Source of the DNA: the human T2T-CHM13v2.0 reference genome, Homo sapiens
Length of the DNA: 64,000 bases
Assembly: GCF_009914755.1 (NCBI RefSeq)
Contig: NC_060940.1
Strand: one strand, 5' to 3'
A model generated the notes under the pieces. That model ran no database searches. It worked only from the letters and a program-made list of their open reading frames with translations, and was not told where the DNA came from. This document shows positions 39,137 through 59,605 of this stretch, one piece after another. The position numbers were made by a program, and so were the translations under genes. How positions within the stretch are numbered: the stretch's first letter is position 1; every line of letters starts with the position of its first letter.

Positions 39137-39192
39137 GGCTGGTCCAGGCGCAGTGGTGTTTACAACTAATTGATCACAACTAGTTGCAAATT
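39137..39192 (+). pseudogene. Y3 RNA (RNY3) pseudogene, 5' ~55 nt only
   Basis: GGCTGGTCCAGGCGCAGTGGTGTTTACAACTAATTGATCACAACTAGTTGCAAATT closely matches the 5' half of hY3. Confidence 0.9.
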
Positions 39193-39245
39193 AATAATTA
39201 GAAGAGAATAGGGTTAAACTACCATCGTCTCTGTGTTAGTACCTA

Positions 39246-39749
<504 letters not shown>

Positions 39750-39752
39750 TCA

Positions 39753-39944
<192 letters not shown>

Positions 39945-40476
39945 TCATTTTAGTAAGACAACTTGTAACACTTAAGATTTCTATTTTACCTATTTCAAAA
40001 TAATTTCTACTATACCCTTTGGAAGCAGCAAGTGGAAACTTACTTAAAATTAAGGTTTGTGGAAGGAACATTCATCTCTCATTTTCAGACTCTCTTTCCA
40101 TGGTATCTGCGACCTATTTATAAGACACTATGTATTCACTTTATTCTTTATGTTACTGCTTCAGAATCAGGTAGTTTGGTCTTATACCTTGGGATGTATG
40201 TTTTAGGTATTTGAATGGCTGTACAGGTAAGGAACTCCAGAAGCCAAATTGCTTCCTGCATTGCTGAAACTGTTCCCTGGGAGAATTCAGAAAGGGAAGC
40301 CCAAAGCAGCAGTACAGCTAAAATGACAGGATTATTATCAGTTTAACTCCAACCACCTGCTGAGTGAGAACTATTCTGTATAGAAAAGACAAATGTGGCT
40401 GTGCAGTGGCTCATGCCAAAGTGTTGTAATACCAACACTTTGGGAGGATGAGGTGGGAGATGGGAGGATTGCTTGA

Positions 40477-40758
<282 letters not shown>

Positions 40759-41315
40759 TGAACTCCTGACCTCAGGCGATCCACCTGCTTCAGCCTTCCA
40801 AAATGCTGGGATTACAAGCATGAGCCATGGAGCCCACATCCCGGCTAGTTTTTGTATTTTTAGTAGAGACAGGGTTTTGCCATGATGGCCAGGCTGGTCT
40901 CTTAACTCCTGACCTTGTGATCCGCCCGCCTCGGCCTCCCAAAGTGCTGGGATTACAGGCGTGAGCCACTGCGTCCAGCCACAACACCCATTTTTTAAGA
41001 AATTCACCAAGAACCACTGAAACACAAAAATCTCTGAAGGAAAGGAGCTGAGCTTATCCACAGCTTCCTGTTCTGAAGTCCGCTTGTAATTTCATTACAA
41101 TCAAAACTCACCATGTAAGATGCAGGAAACTCAGGAAGATTAAAACCCCTTTAAAAGGCCATTTAAAACCTTTATCTCTAACAGTTTCTTAATGTATAAA
41201 GGTTACACACTTTTATCAAGACAAAGCAAAGTTAACAGCTTCTTAATGTATAAAGGATACATAGTTTTATGTACACAAATCAAAGGTTCTACATATGCTA
41301 GTGCTCCATACCCAC

Positions 41316-41463
<148 letters not shown>

Positions 41464-41718
41464 CTATTAAAAAAAAAAAAAGTAAAATATTTTTAAGTAA
41501 ATAATAAAAAGATGATGGATACACTTATTTTGTTCCTAATATGGCATTTTACTGGTCTCTCTAGTCTACTCTGATGACTTTTGGCTTCACAATATTGGAG
41601 TCCTTGAACTTTTCTTCTCTAGATTCACTTTCTTAGTAATCTACTTCAGTCCTTTTATTTTTTTTATTTTTTATTTTTTTGAGACAGAGTTTCGCTCTTG
41701 TTTCCCAGGCTGGAGTGA

Positions 41719-41844
<126 letters not shown>

Positions 41845-41918
41845 TAGTAGAGATGGGGTTTCTCCATGATGGTGAGGCTGGTCTCGAACTCCCGACCTCA
41901 GGTGATCCACCCACCTCA

Positions 41919-42216
<298 letters not shown>

Positions 42217-42379
42217 CTACCCAGGAGGTTGAGGCAGGAGAATCACTTAAACCCAGGAGGTGGAGGTTGTAGTGAGCTGAGATCATGCCACCTCACTCCA
42301 GCCTGGGCAACAGAGTGAGACTCTGTCTCAAAAAAATAAAATAAAATAATAAAAAAAATTTTTTTAAAAAGAAAAAACC

Positions 42380-43005
42380 ATCTATACCAATAACTCTCTC
42401 AAAAGTTCTATCTTCAGCCCAAACCTCTCTCATAGTGTCCAAATTTGTATAATATAATCTCTACTTCACATCTCAAATGTTTCATATTCAAAAAAAAGCT
42501 CCTTGTCTTCCCCCCACTTAATGATGTCACACCCTGCAAAGCACTCCCCATCTCAGTTGATGCTAATTTCATCCTTAAACTTACTCAGGCCAAAATCTTG
42601 GAGCCAATACCTATAGCCAAAACCTATAGCCAATCTGACAGGAAATTATTTTGGCTCCGCCTATAAAATATAACCAGAATCCAACCATTTCTCACAATAT
42701 CCAAGCTATGATAAGGATCATCATATCTCTCACCTGGATTACTATGCTAGCCCTCTAACTTCATCTCCCTGCTACACTTGCTTCCTATGGTCTATTCTCA
42801 ACATAATGTCCAGAGAAAAATAATTTTCAATCATAAAAAACTCAAAACCCAGGCATGGTGGCTCACACTTGCAGTCCCAGCTACTTGTGATGCTGAGGCA
42901 GGAGGACTGCTTGAACGCGGGAGTTCAACACTGCAGTTAGCTATGATCACACCACTTGCATTCCAGCCTGGGATAACATACCTAGACCCTATCTCTACAA
43001 TTTAA

Positions 43006-43054
<49 letters not shown>

Positions 43055-43610
43055 TAAAACTCAGATATGTCATCCTGTTCTCAAAACCCTCCGCTGACTC
43101 AGAGTAGAAAGAAGCCGAAGTCTTTAAAATGTCCAATAAACAAACAATGGTTAGGTTAAGGGACCTAACCACTGATACTCTTCCAGCTTCCTCTTATACT
43201 CTTCTTCCCCTACTGAGTTCTCTCTGGCCACAGTGGCCTCCTTGTTGCTTCTCAGGTACACTCTCACCTTAATGCCTCTGCACCAAACTGATACCTTAGT
43301 CTGGAATGCCCTTCTTGTGGACAGCAATATGGCTAACTACCTCTCTTTAAGTCTTTACTCAAACATCACCTTCTCAGTGAAGACACTCTGACTATCCTAT
43401 GCAAAACTGTAATCCCCACACCCCTGCCCCATGCATTTTTCCACATCATATAAACTAACACATATCATACTTATATTTTTAGTCTCCTCGTATTAGGATG
43501 TAAGTTACATAACAAACAAGTAATTGTTTACTCTGCACCAATTTATTATACATACTTCATGTCCCATAGTAAGAACTCACTAAATATTTGCTCAATGAAT
43601 AGATATAAAT
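42380..43610 (+). mobile_element. L2 LINE 3' fragment
   Basis: CAGGCCAAAATCTTGGAG, CACCTGGATTACT, and 3' end AAATATTTGCTCAATGAAT. Confidence 0.7.
43007..43052. repeat. (TG)23 microsatellite at the 3' end of an Alu monomer
   Basis: Direct read. Confidence 0.95.
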
Positions 43611-44091
43611 TGAAGCTTAGGATTTTGTAACCTGTATTTTTACTCTACCAAAAAAACACGAAAATCCACTGAAATACTGCTAGTCATATACAACAATTAC
43701 ATGAGAATAGACAATAAGTGATTTAGCCTTAGTAGTGCATACTACACACAGCTGTAAACAGCCTTCCAATAAACCTCTAGCACTATAATGTGTATACAGA
43801 GTTTGGGTCACCATGTCATTATTTATAGGCCATTTTTAAATACTGTAACACAAAGCTATAGTCACTTTCCAACAAGTTCATCACAAAAATATTTATTTAG
43901 AGAATTAATTATTTTAAGATCATTAAAGTTGAGATTCCAAGATATTCATTCACTATAAGGGATTTGTAGCGCTGGATCATTCTATTTGTATACGCGTTGT
44001 CTACTATTGGCTCTTTACATGCCAGGGACTCAGATAGTTTTAATGATTAACTTCATATCCAGGCCAAAACCTTAAAAAAAACACTGCAAAA

Positions 44092-45115
<1,024 letters not shown>

Positions 45116-48100
45116 ACACATAAATACATCCCTCCAAAACTCCAGAGGACTTGTCATTATCATGCCACTGGTATTTCAACATGGGAAACAACTATAATTC
45201 TAAGGAAAAAGAAGCAATCATACAATAAAAATGCTAAATCCTTTCCAAGCAATAAATTACCTCTTTATTTTCCTTTTGAGACAGGGTCTCTGTCACCCAG
45301 GCTGGAGGGCAGTGGCACAATCACGGCTTACCGCAGCCTCCCTGACTCAGATGATCCTCCTACCTCAGCTTCCTGAGTAGCTAGGACTACAAGCGCCCGC
45401 TGCCACACGGCTAATTTTTGTATTTTTTGTAGAGATGGGGTTTTGCCATGTTTCCCAGGCTGGTCTCAAACTCTGGGGCTCAGCGATCCCTCTGCCTAGG
45501 CCTCCCAAAGTGCTAGGATTATAGGCATGAGCCACGGTACCCAGCCAAATTACCTTGTTTCCCTAGTCTTCTCACAGCACTTCTCAATTAAACGATGCAC
45601 AGTGCAAATGAAAGGTCACTGACATTTGACAATAATATACTACAAGTCAACTGTTACCTGAACAATGATATCAAAAAATTTACCAACAATATGGTTATGA
45701 TAATATAAAGTAGCCAAGCATGGTGGTTCACACCTGTAATCCTAGCACTTTGGGAGGCCAAGGCAGGAAGATCACTTGAACTCCAGAGTTCAAGACCAGA
45801 CTGAGCAACATAGTGAGACAGTGTCTCTGTAATTAAAATATAAGAAATAAAAAGTAAAATAATGGCTGGGTGAGGTGGCACACACTGGTAGTCCCTGCTA
45901 CTCAGGAAGCTCAGGTAAAAAGATCGCCTGAGCCCAGGAGTTTGAGGCCAGCCTGTGCAATACAGTGAGACCCCGTCCCTTAAAAAACAAAAAATAAGTA
46001 AAACAGCAACTGAGGGGAACAAAGATTGTACAAGGCCATTCTCAGTACTTTTCCTAATACTAAAATACTACAAATCACCCAAAAATAAATGAGTGTAAAG
46101 ATTATCTTCAGGCCAGGCGCACCAGCTCACGCCTGTAATCCCAGCACTTTAGGAGGCCGAGACGGGAGGATCACCTGAGGTCAGGAGTTCAAGGTCAGCC
46201 TGGCCAACATGGCAAAACCCTGTCTCTACTAAATATACAAAAACTAGCCAGGTGTGGTGGCAGGCACCTGTAATCCCAGCTACTAGGGAGGCTGAGGCAG
46301 GGAGAATCTCTTGAACATGGGAGACGGAGGTTGCAGTGAGCTGAGATCAAACCATTGCACTCTAGCCTGGGCAGCAGAGCAAGACACCGTATCAAAAAAA
46401 AAGAAAAAAAAAAGATTATCTTCATACATGCAATATGACACCCACCCAATATGATTAATATCCAATTAAAATATAGTTTTGCCATACATAAACCACTACC
46501 TACTGCAGAGCTGGGGGGGGAAAGGATTATAAAATGGCATTCGCATTTTCACTAGAGAACACTATACAATATTACTAATTGTCTATTGAACACTCAATCT
46601 AAACAGAACCAAGAGTAGCTGTGGTATATAGTTTGTTAAATGTCAACAAAAGTATACTCATGACACTAAGTGACTAAGTGAAAAGCTGCAGAACTCTTGA
46701 ATAGCATGATCCCAAATAAGGTCTCGATCAATAGCAGTTACATAGGAGCTTTCACTTAAAATCCCACTAAAAAAGTCCAGAAATCTACACACCTCCAAAA
46801 GTGTAACATATGGATAGTATTATTTACCGCAGCAGTATATGTCAGAGCATGAAAGATGGCTGGCCAGGACTAGGTGATTGGTGAATAAACATCCTGGACC
46901 GTGTATATAGTCATCTGTCTTTTGTTTAAGCACTTGTATATATACTACCTTTTGTTTGTATATATGCTCACATATATATAGTTGCTTTTTTGTGAAAATA
47001 CTCACAATAAACAAGCCAATGAAAATGGCTATCTAGGCTGGGCAAGGTGGCCACGGCTGTAATCCCAGCACTTCGGGAGGCCAAGGCAGGCATTCACCTG
47101 AGGTCAGAAGTTCGAGACCAGCCTGGCCAACATGGAGAAACCCCATCACTACTAAAAATACAAAATTAGCTGGACCTAGTGGCATATGCTTGTAATCCCA
47201 GCTACTTAGGAGGCTGAGGCAGGAAAATCGCTTGAATCCAGGAGGCAGAGGGTTGCAGTGAGCGGAGATCATGCTATTGTACTCCAGCCTGGGCAACAAC
47301 AGCAAAACTCAAAAAAAAAAAAAAAAAAAAAAAGAAAGAAAGAAAAGGGCTATCTAAATGGGTGAGAAAAAAGGAGAAGAGATAGAAGTCAGAACAAAAA
47401 TTCACTGATTACATCTTTTATTTTTGGTTTTGATTTCTGAGCCACGTAAATATATTGCATGATTGAAAATTTTAAGAAAAGGCCAGGCGCGGTGACTCAC
47501 ACCTGTAAACCCAGCACTTTGGGAGGGTGAGGCGGGCAGATCACCTGAGGCCAGGAGTTTGAGACCAGCTTGGCCAACATAGTGAAACCCTGTCTCTACT
47601 AAAAAATACAGAAAAAATTAGCCAGGTGTGGTAGCTAGCACCTGTAGTCCCACCTACTCAGGAGGATAAGGCATGAGAATCGCTTGAACTCAGGCCGTGG
47701 AGGTTGCAAGGAGCCGAGATTATGCCATTTCACTCCAGCCAGGGTGACAGAGCTAGACTCTTGTCTCAATTTAAAAAAAAAGAAAAAGAACATTTTAAGA
47801 AAAATAAACTAAAACACAAACAAACCTGAATGTCCAATTTGTATTACAAAACACAGTGAAACCAGGCCAGGCACAGTGGCTCACAACGTAATCCCAGTAC
47901 TATGGGAGACCAAAGAAGGCAGATAACTTTAGGTCATGAGTTCGAGACACCCTGGCCAACATAGTGAAACCCTGCCTCTACTAAAAATACAAAAAATTAG
48001 CCAGGCATAGTGGCTCGTGCCTGTAATACCAGCTACTCGGGAAGCTGAGGCAGGAGAATTGTTGAGCCTGAGAGGCTGAGGCTGCAGCGAGCTGAGATCG

Positions 48101-48162
48101 CATCACTGCACTCCAGCCTGGGTGACGTAGTGAGACTCTGTCTCAAAAAAAAAAAAAAAAAG

Positions 48163-49060
<898 letters not shown>

Positions 49061-50250
49061 ATTTTGGAGGGGTGGGAGAGACAGTTTCGAGCTTGTCGCC
49101 CAGGCTGGAGTGCAATGGCATGATCATGGCTGATGCAGCCTTGATCTCTTAGGCTCAAGTGATCCTCCCGCCTTAGCCTCCCAAGTACCTGGGACTACAG
49201 ACACATGCCACCATGCCTGGCTACTTATTTTATTTTTTGTAGACACCGGGTCTCACTTTGTTGCCCAAGCTGGTCTGGAACTCCTGAGCTCAAGTAATCC
49301 TCCCACCTCAGCCACCCAAGGTGTTGGGATTATAGCCATGAACTATGTGGCCAGAAAACATTTTTAATTGGAAAATTTTACTATTCTCATTCCTTCTTTT
49401 ATCATGAAGGAATATCCTTCTGGGATCACTTAGGGTGATATATATATATATCATATTATATATAATAATACATTAACATATATAATAATACATTAACATG
49501 TTACTAACATATACATTATCTACTAAAGTTGGCATTCCTATCAACTCAAACATTTGAGCCCTAACTATACACCATGTACTCACTTCAGGTATTATAGAAA
49601 ACACAAAAGGAAACATTGACCAAGAGGCTTAATGTAATAAATACAGACTTTACTATAACACTATGCAACTAAGGCAGCTGTGTGTAAGAATTGGAAAGGG
49701 GAGAGAGGGCTATTTAAAATGCTGATTCCTGGCTGGGCAAGGCGGCTCACGCCTATAATCCCAACACTTCAGGAGGCCGAGGTGGGTGAATCACTTGAAG
49801 CCAGGAGTTCAAAACCAGCCTTGCCAACATGGCAAAACCCCATCTCTACTAAAAATACAAAAAACTAGCCAGGCATGGTGGTAGACACCTGTAATCCCAG
49901 CTACTCAGAGAATCGCTTAAACGCAGGAGGTGGAGGGTTGCAGTGAGCTGAGATCACACCAATGCACGCCAGCCTGGGCAACAGAGCAAGACTCTGCCTC
50001 AATAAAGAAATAAATAGGCCAGGCGCGGTAGCTCATGCCTGTAATCCCAGCACTTTGGGAGACCGAGGCAGGTGGATCACTTGAGGTCGGGAGATCGAAA
50101 TCATCCTCACTAACATGGTGAAATTCCGTCTCTACTAAAAATACAAAAAATTAAAAGGCGGGGCGCGGTGGCTCACACCTGTAATCCCAGCACTTTGGGA
50201 GGCCAAGGAGGGCGGATCACAAGGTCAGGAGATCGAAACCATCCTGGCTA

Positions 50251-50661
<411 letters not shown>

Positions 50662-51120
50662 CTAAGCACCACCCAAGACCAAGAGAGTCAACACTGCTAG
50701 AGAAAAGGAGTACAGGCTGTCTATTTTAAACTCCCCAGTCAGGCTGAGCGCGGTGGCTCACGCCTGTAATCCTACCACTTTGGGAGGCTGAGGCGGGTGG
50801 ACTGCCTGAGCTCAGGAGTTCAAGACCAGCCTGGGCAATACGGTGAAACCCTGTCTCTGCTAAAATACAAAAAATTAGCCGGGCGTGACAGTGTGCACCT
50901 GTAGTCCCAGATACTCGGGAGGCTGAGGCAGGGGAATTGCTTGATCCCGGGAAGCAGAGGTTACAGGGAGCCGAGACCACGCCACTGTACTCCAGTCTGA
51001 GCGACAGAGCGAGACTCCATCTCCAAAAAAAATAAATAAAATAAATAAACTCCCCAGTCAATTACTGAGAACCACTGACCTAAGGAGCAGTGTCAGGTTA
51101 TTCCTTGCTAACAGGTATTA

Positions 51121-51306
<186 letters not shown>

Positions 51307-52144
51307 TCAGGAGGCTGAGGCAGGAGAATGGCATGAACCCGTGAAGCAGAGCTTGCAGTGAGCCGAGATCACGCCACTGCACTCCAGCCTGGAAGACAGA
51401 ACGAGACTCTGTCTCAAAAAAAAAAAAAAGAAATATTTAAGAAAAGGATACTGTACTTTGATGCAATCTCTTCTTTGAGGACAAGGAATGCCCCTCACAC
51501 CTACTTCTTTTTCTCCCCTTAACTCCTTCCAACTGGACCAAAGACATCTGTTTGCTCGTTTGTTTTTTCCTTTAACAGAAGGGGTCTTGCTCTGTTATCC
51601 AGGCTGGAGTCTAGTGGTGTGACCACACCTCGCGGCCAACCTCAAACACTCCTGGACTCAAGTGATCCTCCCACCTGAGCCTCCCAAGTAGCTGGACCTA
51701 CAAGAATGTGCCACATGCCAGGCTGCAAAGACATCGATCTAAAGGCAGTTTGGTTTCCCACAGCACTGATGCCAGCAATGTTCTACCAGCTACCTTGCTC
51801 TAAATTTAAATATCAGGCACCTTAAGAAGACAAGTAGGCAAGACCCAACGCTATCAGTTTATTGAACTGCCAACTTCCAATACTAAAAAAATACTAAATA
51901 CTAAATACAGAATACTTACACCAACTGATAACCAAGTTTGACCTTGAAAATTATTTATTTCCCAAGTAGCATTCTGACCTAAAAAAGGTCAATCTGAGCC
52001 TTGTCTTTTTTTCACTCTCTTTCTGCAATTATGAAAATGTTCTACATCAGACTGGCGCCGTGGCTCACACCTGTAATCCCAGCACTTTGGGAGGCCAAGG
52101 TGTGTGGATCACCTGAGGTCAGGAGTTCAAGACCAGCCTGGTCA

Positions 52145-52339
<195 letters not shown>

Positions 52340-53935
52340 TTATACACTTACTAATATTAACTACTTCTCCAAGAGGCAAAGATTCTAGATTTATGGGGCA
52401 GTTCCAAAAGGTTGGTTCACTTATTAAAATCTTAGTTATAACTATTGTGTACATAATAGAATAACTTATGCAAGTATAATAAACACTAAGTAGAATTGGT
52501 CTAAGCACTTTACATGTTTCTTTAATCCTCACAACTCAAGGGTGATATTATTACCCCAACTTTACAGATAAGGAATAGTTTAACTTTCAGATAGTAAGTA
52601 GCATAATTTTGAAGATACTGAGCAGTAGAGGTTTTTTGTTTGTTTTTCAGACTCGCTCTGTCACCTAGGCTGGAGTGCAGTGGCATGACCTTGGCTCACT
52701 GTAACCTCCCCCTCCCAGGTTCAAGCGATTCTCCTGCCTCGGGATCCTAAGTAGCTGGGATTACAGGCATGCGCCAACACGCCCAGCTAATTTTTTTTTA
52801 TTTTTAGTAGAGATGGGGTTTCATCATGTTGGCCAGGCTGGTCTTGAACTCCTGACCTCGTGATCTGCCCACCTCAGGCTCCCAAAGTGCTGGGATTACA
52901 GGCGTGAGCCACCACGCCCGGCCTACAAGGACTTTGTTTTTATTTTTTATTTTTAGTACAGATGGGGTCTTGCTATATTGCCCAGGCTGGTCTCAAACTC
53001 CTGAGCTCAAGCAGTCCTCCCACCTCAGCCTCCCAAAGTGCTGGGATTACAGGTGTGAGCCACAGCATCCAGCTGGTTTTTTCGTTTTTTGTTTTTAAAG
53101 GAAAACAAGATATAGTCAAAGTTTGGGAAATTCCTTCTGCCTTCACTACCCATCATAGTGCTTATTTTTCATAATCTTATTTCAGGTTGGTTTGCTTTCG
53201 TGAGAATGACATGATTATTTTATATATTACTACTAGATTATTTGGCAGCATTTTTTTCAATAATACAGTGTATGCCAATTTTAGAGATTTTAAAGTATGG
53301 AAATTTTGTGTTAGAATCAGTGAAATATGTTATTTCCTTTCCCCCATGTAGTCTTCTGTTACATGTGCCATTGTAAAACTAAAATAATTTTAAGTGTCTT
53401 GTGATTTATACCAAGAATAAGTAAATCTAAAGTGAACAAAATAAACCTAATGAGAAATCTGAACCTCAAGAAGGCATCTATGGAAAAAAAACACTGAAGA
53501 GCAGTAGTATCTCCAAAAGCATTTTGAAATGTTTAGGTGTCAGAAGAGTTACTGGCATTCAGTAAGAATTAAGGATGAAATTAAACATCTTGCAAGAGGC
53601 CAGGTGCAGGGCTCACGCCTGTAATGCCAGCATTTTGGGAGGCTGAGGCAGGAGGATCACTTGAACCTGGAGTTTGAGACCCATCTGGGGAACAGTGAGA
53701 CCATCTCAACAAATAAATACATAAACAAGCAAGCAGGGCATGGTGGCATGCACCTGTAGCCCTGGCTACTTAGAAGGCTGAGGTAGGAGGATCACTTAAG
53801 CCTGAGAGGTTGAGGCTACAGTGAGCCATGATTGCACCACTGCACTCCAACCCGGGCAACAGAGCAAGAGTGTCTCAAAAAAATTTTTTTAATTAAAAAA
53901 AAAAATAACAAACCACATCTTACAAGGGGACAATA

Positions 53936-54123
53936 CAGGCTGAGCATCCCAAATTTGAAAATCCAAAGTTCGAAAGACTCCAAAATCCAAAATGTTTTGA
54001 GCACAAACATGACACTCAAAAGAATACTCATTGGTGCATATTGGTAAGTACAAGAATTTTCCAAAATCTGAAATGAGAAACATGTCTAGTCTCAAGCATT
54101 TAAGATAAGCGATATTCAACCTC
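53936..54123 (+). mobile_element. Tigger4a-type element nested in a MER20-like fragment
   Basis: TA|CAGGCTGAGCATCCCAAAT...GCGATATTCAACCTC|TA; similar to 851-1086. Confidence 0.75.
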
Positions 54124-55192
54124 TATCGCCAACAAAGAACTACGCTGCCCAAATGCCAACAGTGCCCTTGTTGAGAAAATGGCTGATATAGCCACCTTCT
54201 ATAGGATGGGCCCTCAATGTAAACACCTCAAAATTAACTTTTGGCTGGTGCAGTGGCTCATGCCTGTAATCTCAGGACTTTGGGAGGCTGAGTCAGGAGG
54301 ACCACTTGAAACCAGGAGCTCAAGACCAGCTTGGGCAACATAGCAAGACCCTGTCTCTACAACTACAACAATAAAAATTAGCTGGGTGTGGCACTGTGTG
54401 CCTATAGTCTTAGCTACTTGGGCTGCTGTGGGAGGATGGCTTGAGCCCAGGAGTCTGTGATTTTAACGAGCTATCACAGCACTACTGCACTAGAGCGTGG
54501 GTAACAGAGCAAGACCCTGCCTCTATAAAATTAAAGAAAAAATTGACTTTCCACATTAACACAAAGCCAAGCAGAGCTTAAATCCAGAAGATGGTAAGAA
54601 ATGGTATGCAGCTTACATAAAGTGGCTAACACAAGTTATTAGAAAAACAGTTTATGCATAACTATTTTGTGGTGGACTGTGTACTTGCACCTGCAATCCC
54701 AGCCAGCTACTCAGGAGGGTGAGGTGGGAAGACTGACTGAGCCCAGGACTTCAAGGCTGCATTGAGCTGTGGTCGAGCTACTTTGTCTCTAAAAAAAAAA
54801 AATTAATTAAAAAGAGTTTGGCCGGGCACGGCAGCTCACACCTGTAATCCCAGTACTTTGGGAGGCTGAAGTGGATGGATCACGAGGTCAGGAGTTCGAG
54901 ACCAGCCTGGCCAACATGGTAAACCCCGTGTCTACTAAAGATACAAAAAATTAGCAGGACATGGTGGTGCACATCTGTAATCCCAGCTACTTGGGAGGCT
55001 GAGGCAGGAGAATCAGCTTGAACCCAGGAGGCAGATGTTGCAGCGAGCTAAGATCGCACCATTGCACTCCAGGCTGGGCGACAGGGCGAGACTCCATTTC
55101 AAAGAAAAAAATTAGCAGGGCATGTTGGCGCACACTCCAGCCTGGGCGACACAGAGAAACCCTGTCTCAAAAAAAAAAAAGAAAAAGAGTTG

Positions 55193-55281
55193 ACCCTTCC
55201 GTAGTTCATAAGCATGATGACTGGGTGTTCACATGCATGCGTGAGATATGGCAACCTCAAACGGCACGTTACCTGTCTGAC
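55193..55281 (+). pseudogene. U13 snoRNA (SNORD13) retrocopy with small internal deletion
   Basis: ACCCTTCCGTAGTTCATAAGCATGATGACTGGGTGTTCAC...GGCACGTTACCTGTCTGAC; box C ATGATGA 55214-55220, box D CTGA 55277-55280; short A tail; TSD AAAAGAGTTGA on both sides. Confidence 0.9.
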
Positions 55282-55418
55282 ATGAAAAAAAGAGTTGACT
55301 TGCTTTTTATATACACATATTAATCAAGCAATTTATTTCACTCAATGCTACAGTGCCTTCAATAACTTGTAACATTTAACAGCCTTGTGTATGTGCCTTA
55401 AATATTTTACAAGAATTA

Positions 55419-55541
<123 letters not shown>

Positions 55542-55728
55542 TCACTATAAAAAAACTTTTTTTAATTAGCTGGACGTAGTGGTGCACACCTGTAGTCCCA
55601 GCCACTGACTGGGGAGACTGAGGTGGGAGGATGGCTTGAACTCAGGAGGTCATGGTTGCAGTGAGCCATGATCGTGCCACTGCACTCCAGCCTGGGCAAC
55701 AGAGACCCTGTCTCAAAAAACAAAATAA

Positions 55729-56146
<418 letters not shown>

Positions 56147-57166
56147 TGACCAGGCTGGTCTTGAACTCCTGACTTTGTGATCTGCCCACCTCGGCCTCCC
56201 AAAGTGCTGGGATTACAGGCGTGAGCCACCGCGCGTAGCCAAGTTTTGCATTTTCATAGTGAGGAAATGAAAAATTCAAATCTTGTTTCTAGTCGTCCAA
56301 AAAACTGCTGGGAAAAAAACCTTATTTGCTTTGGTCACAACTAAGAAAACTCTATCCAAATAAAAGGTTGGGGGTAAAGAAAGATCTCCCTAATTAATTC
56401 AAGAAATTGCGAAGATGTAAATAGTTTAACTCTGTAGATTACTAGAGATAGTCATGATATTCTAAAATCCAATGCACAAATGAAACTAAAATCCTGACCT
56501 ACATAATGAACCACCACCGATAGATCTTTTCCTCTGAAATGTTACTTGCTCATTCAAGCAGTATGAAAAAAAGAAAAACCAGAGTATCGATTTCCAAGAA
56601 TGCTATATTCTATCAATTTACCCAACTGTAATAAATGAAGCACTATTCAATTACAGTTCAACTGTATATATGCACTGGGGAAAGAGACTCCTTACTCACT
56701 ATGGGACAGAAAACTTAAAAGGCATTGTAGGGTGCACTTAAGTGAAACTGGCCAAGGATGGCAAAAAATCAATTTTGCTTAAGGAAATTAGGTATTTATA
56801 GACAGTACACCTGAGTTTGGACTAGAATGATAAAGTTTTGGTAGAGATGACATTCCAGATGTAAAAAGACGAAGAGGCTGGGTGCGGTGGCTCAAACCTG
56901 TAATCCCAACACTTTGGGAGGCCGAGGTGGGCAGATCACCTGAGGTCAGGGGTTCAGGACCAGCCTGGCCAACATGAGGAAACCCCATCTCTACTAAAAA
57001 TGCAAAAATTAGCCGGGCGTGGTGTGGCAGGCACCTGTAATCCCAGCTACTCGGCGGGGATAAGGCAGGAGAATCGCTTGAACCCGGAAGGAGGTGGTTG
57101 TATTGCAGTGAGCCAAGCTCGCGACACTACATTCCAGCCTGGGTGACACAGCGAAGACTCTGTCTC

Positions 57167-57204
<38 letters not shown>

Positions 57205-57811
57205 AAGATATATTTGGGTACCACTGCTTAACAGTCTTTTGACTATAATACAACACAGTAGTACCACAGGGAAGGAGGAATCAACACTTATAATTCCAGA
57301 TGAAGGTATTAGAATGACTTCTGAACAAAGAAAGGATATTTCCAAAGCAATGATTTAAGTGGCATTTTGGCAGAAATATAAAAAATTAACTGCAGTCCTA
57401 GAATCTTTTACAATCACAATATCCACATATTATTTGTGAAATAAACCCAAAAACCAATGATAAAGAAACTATAATGGAGATTAGTTAGAAAGTTATTTCA
57501 AAAAAGACAAGAGCCTGAAACTAGACAAAAAGATAACTTTTTTTTTTCTTTTTTTTGAGACAGAGTCTGTCACCCAGGCTGGAGTGCAATGATCACAGCC
57601 CACTGCAGCCTCGACCTCCCCAGGCTCAGGTGATCCTCCCACCTCAAGTTTTGTATTTTTAGCAGAGATGGGGTTTCATCATATTGCCCAGGGTGGTCTG
57701 AAACTCCTCGGCTTAAGTGATTTGTACACCTCTGCCTCCCAAAAGTGTTAGGATTGCAGGCGTGAGCCACTGCGCTGGCCCAGCTAACTATTCTTTCTTT
57801 TTCTTTTTTGA

Positions 57812-57970
<159 letters not shown>

Positions 57971-58109
57971 TAGTGGATACGGGGTTTCTCCATGTTGGTC
58001 AAGCTGGTCTCAAACTCCCGACCTCAGGTGATCCGCCCGCCTCGGCCTCCCAAAGTGCTAGGATTACAGGCATGAGCCACCACGCCTGGCAACTATTCTT
58101 GTTAGCAAA

Positions 58110-58990
<881 letters not shown>

Positions 58991-59092
58991 GAAAAAAACG
59001 CAAAACCTAGAAGCTATAAATCTAAGGGAACAAATGTTTAATTATCTGACTCGGAAACTGCTGAGTTCTGAATATAAAGCTTAAGAATATTA

Positions 59093-59605
<513 letters not shown>

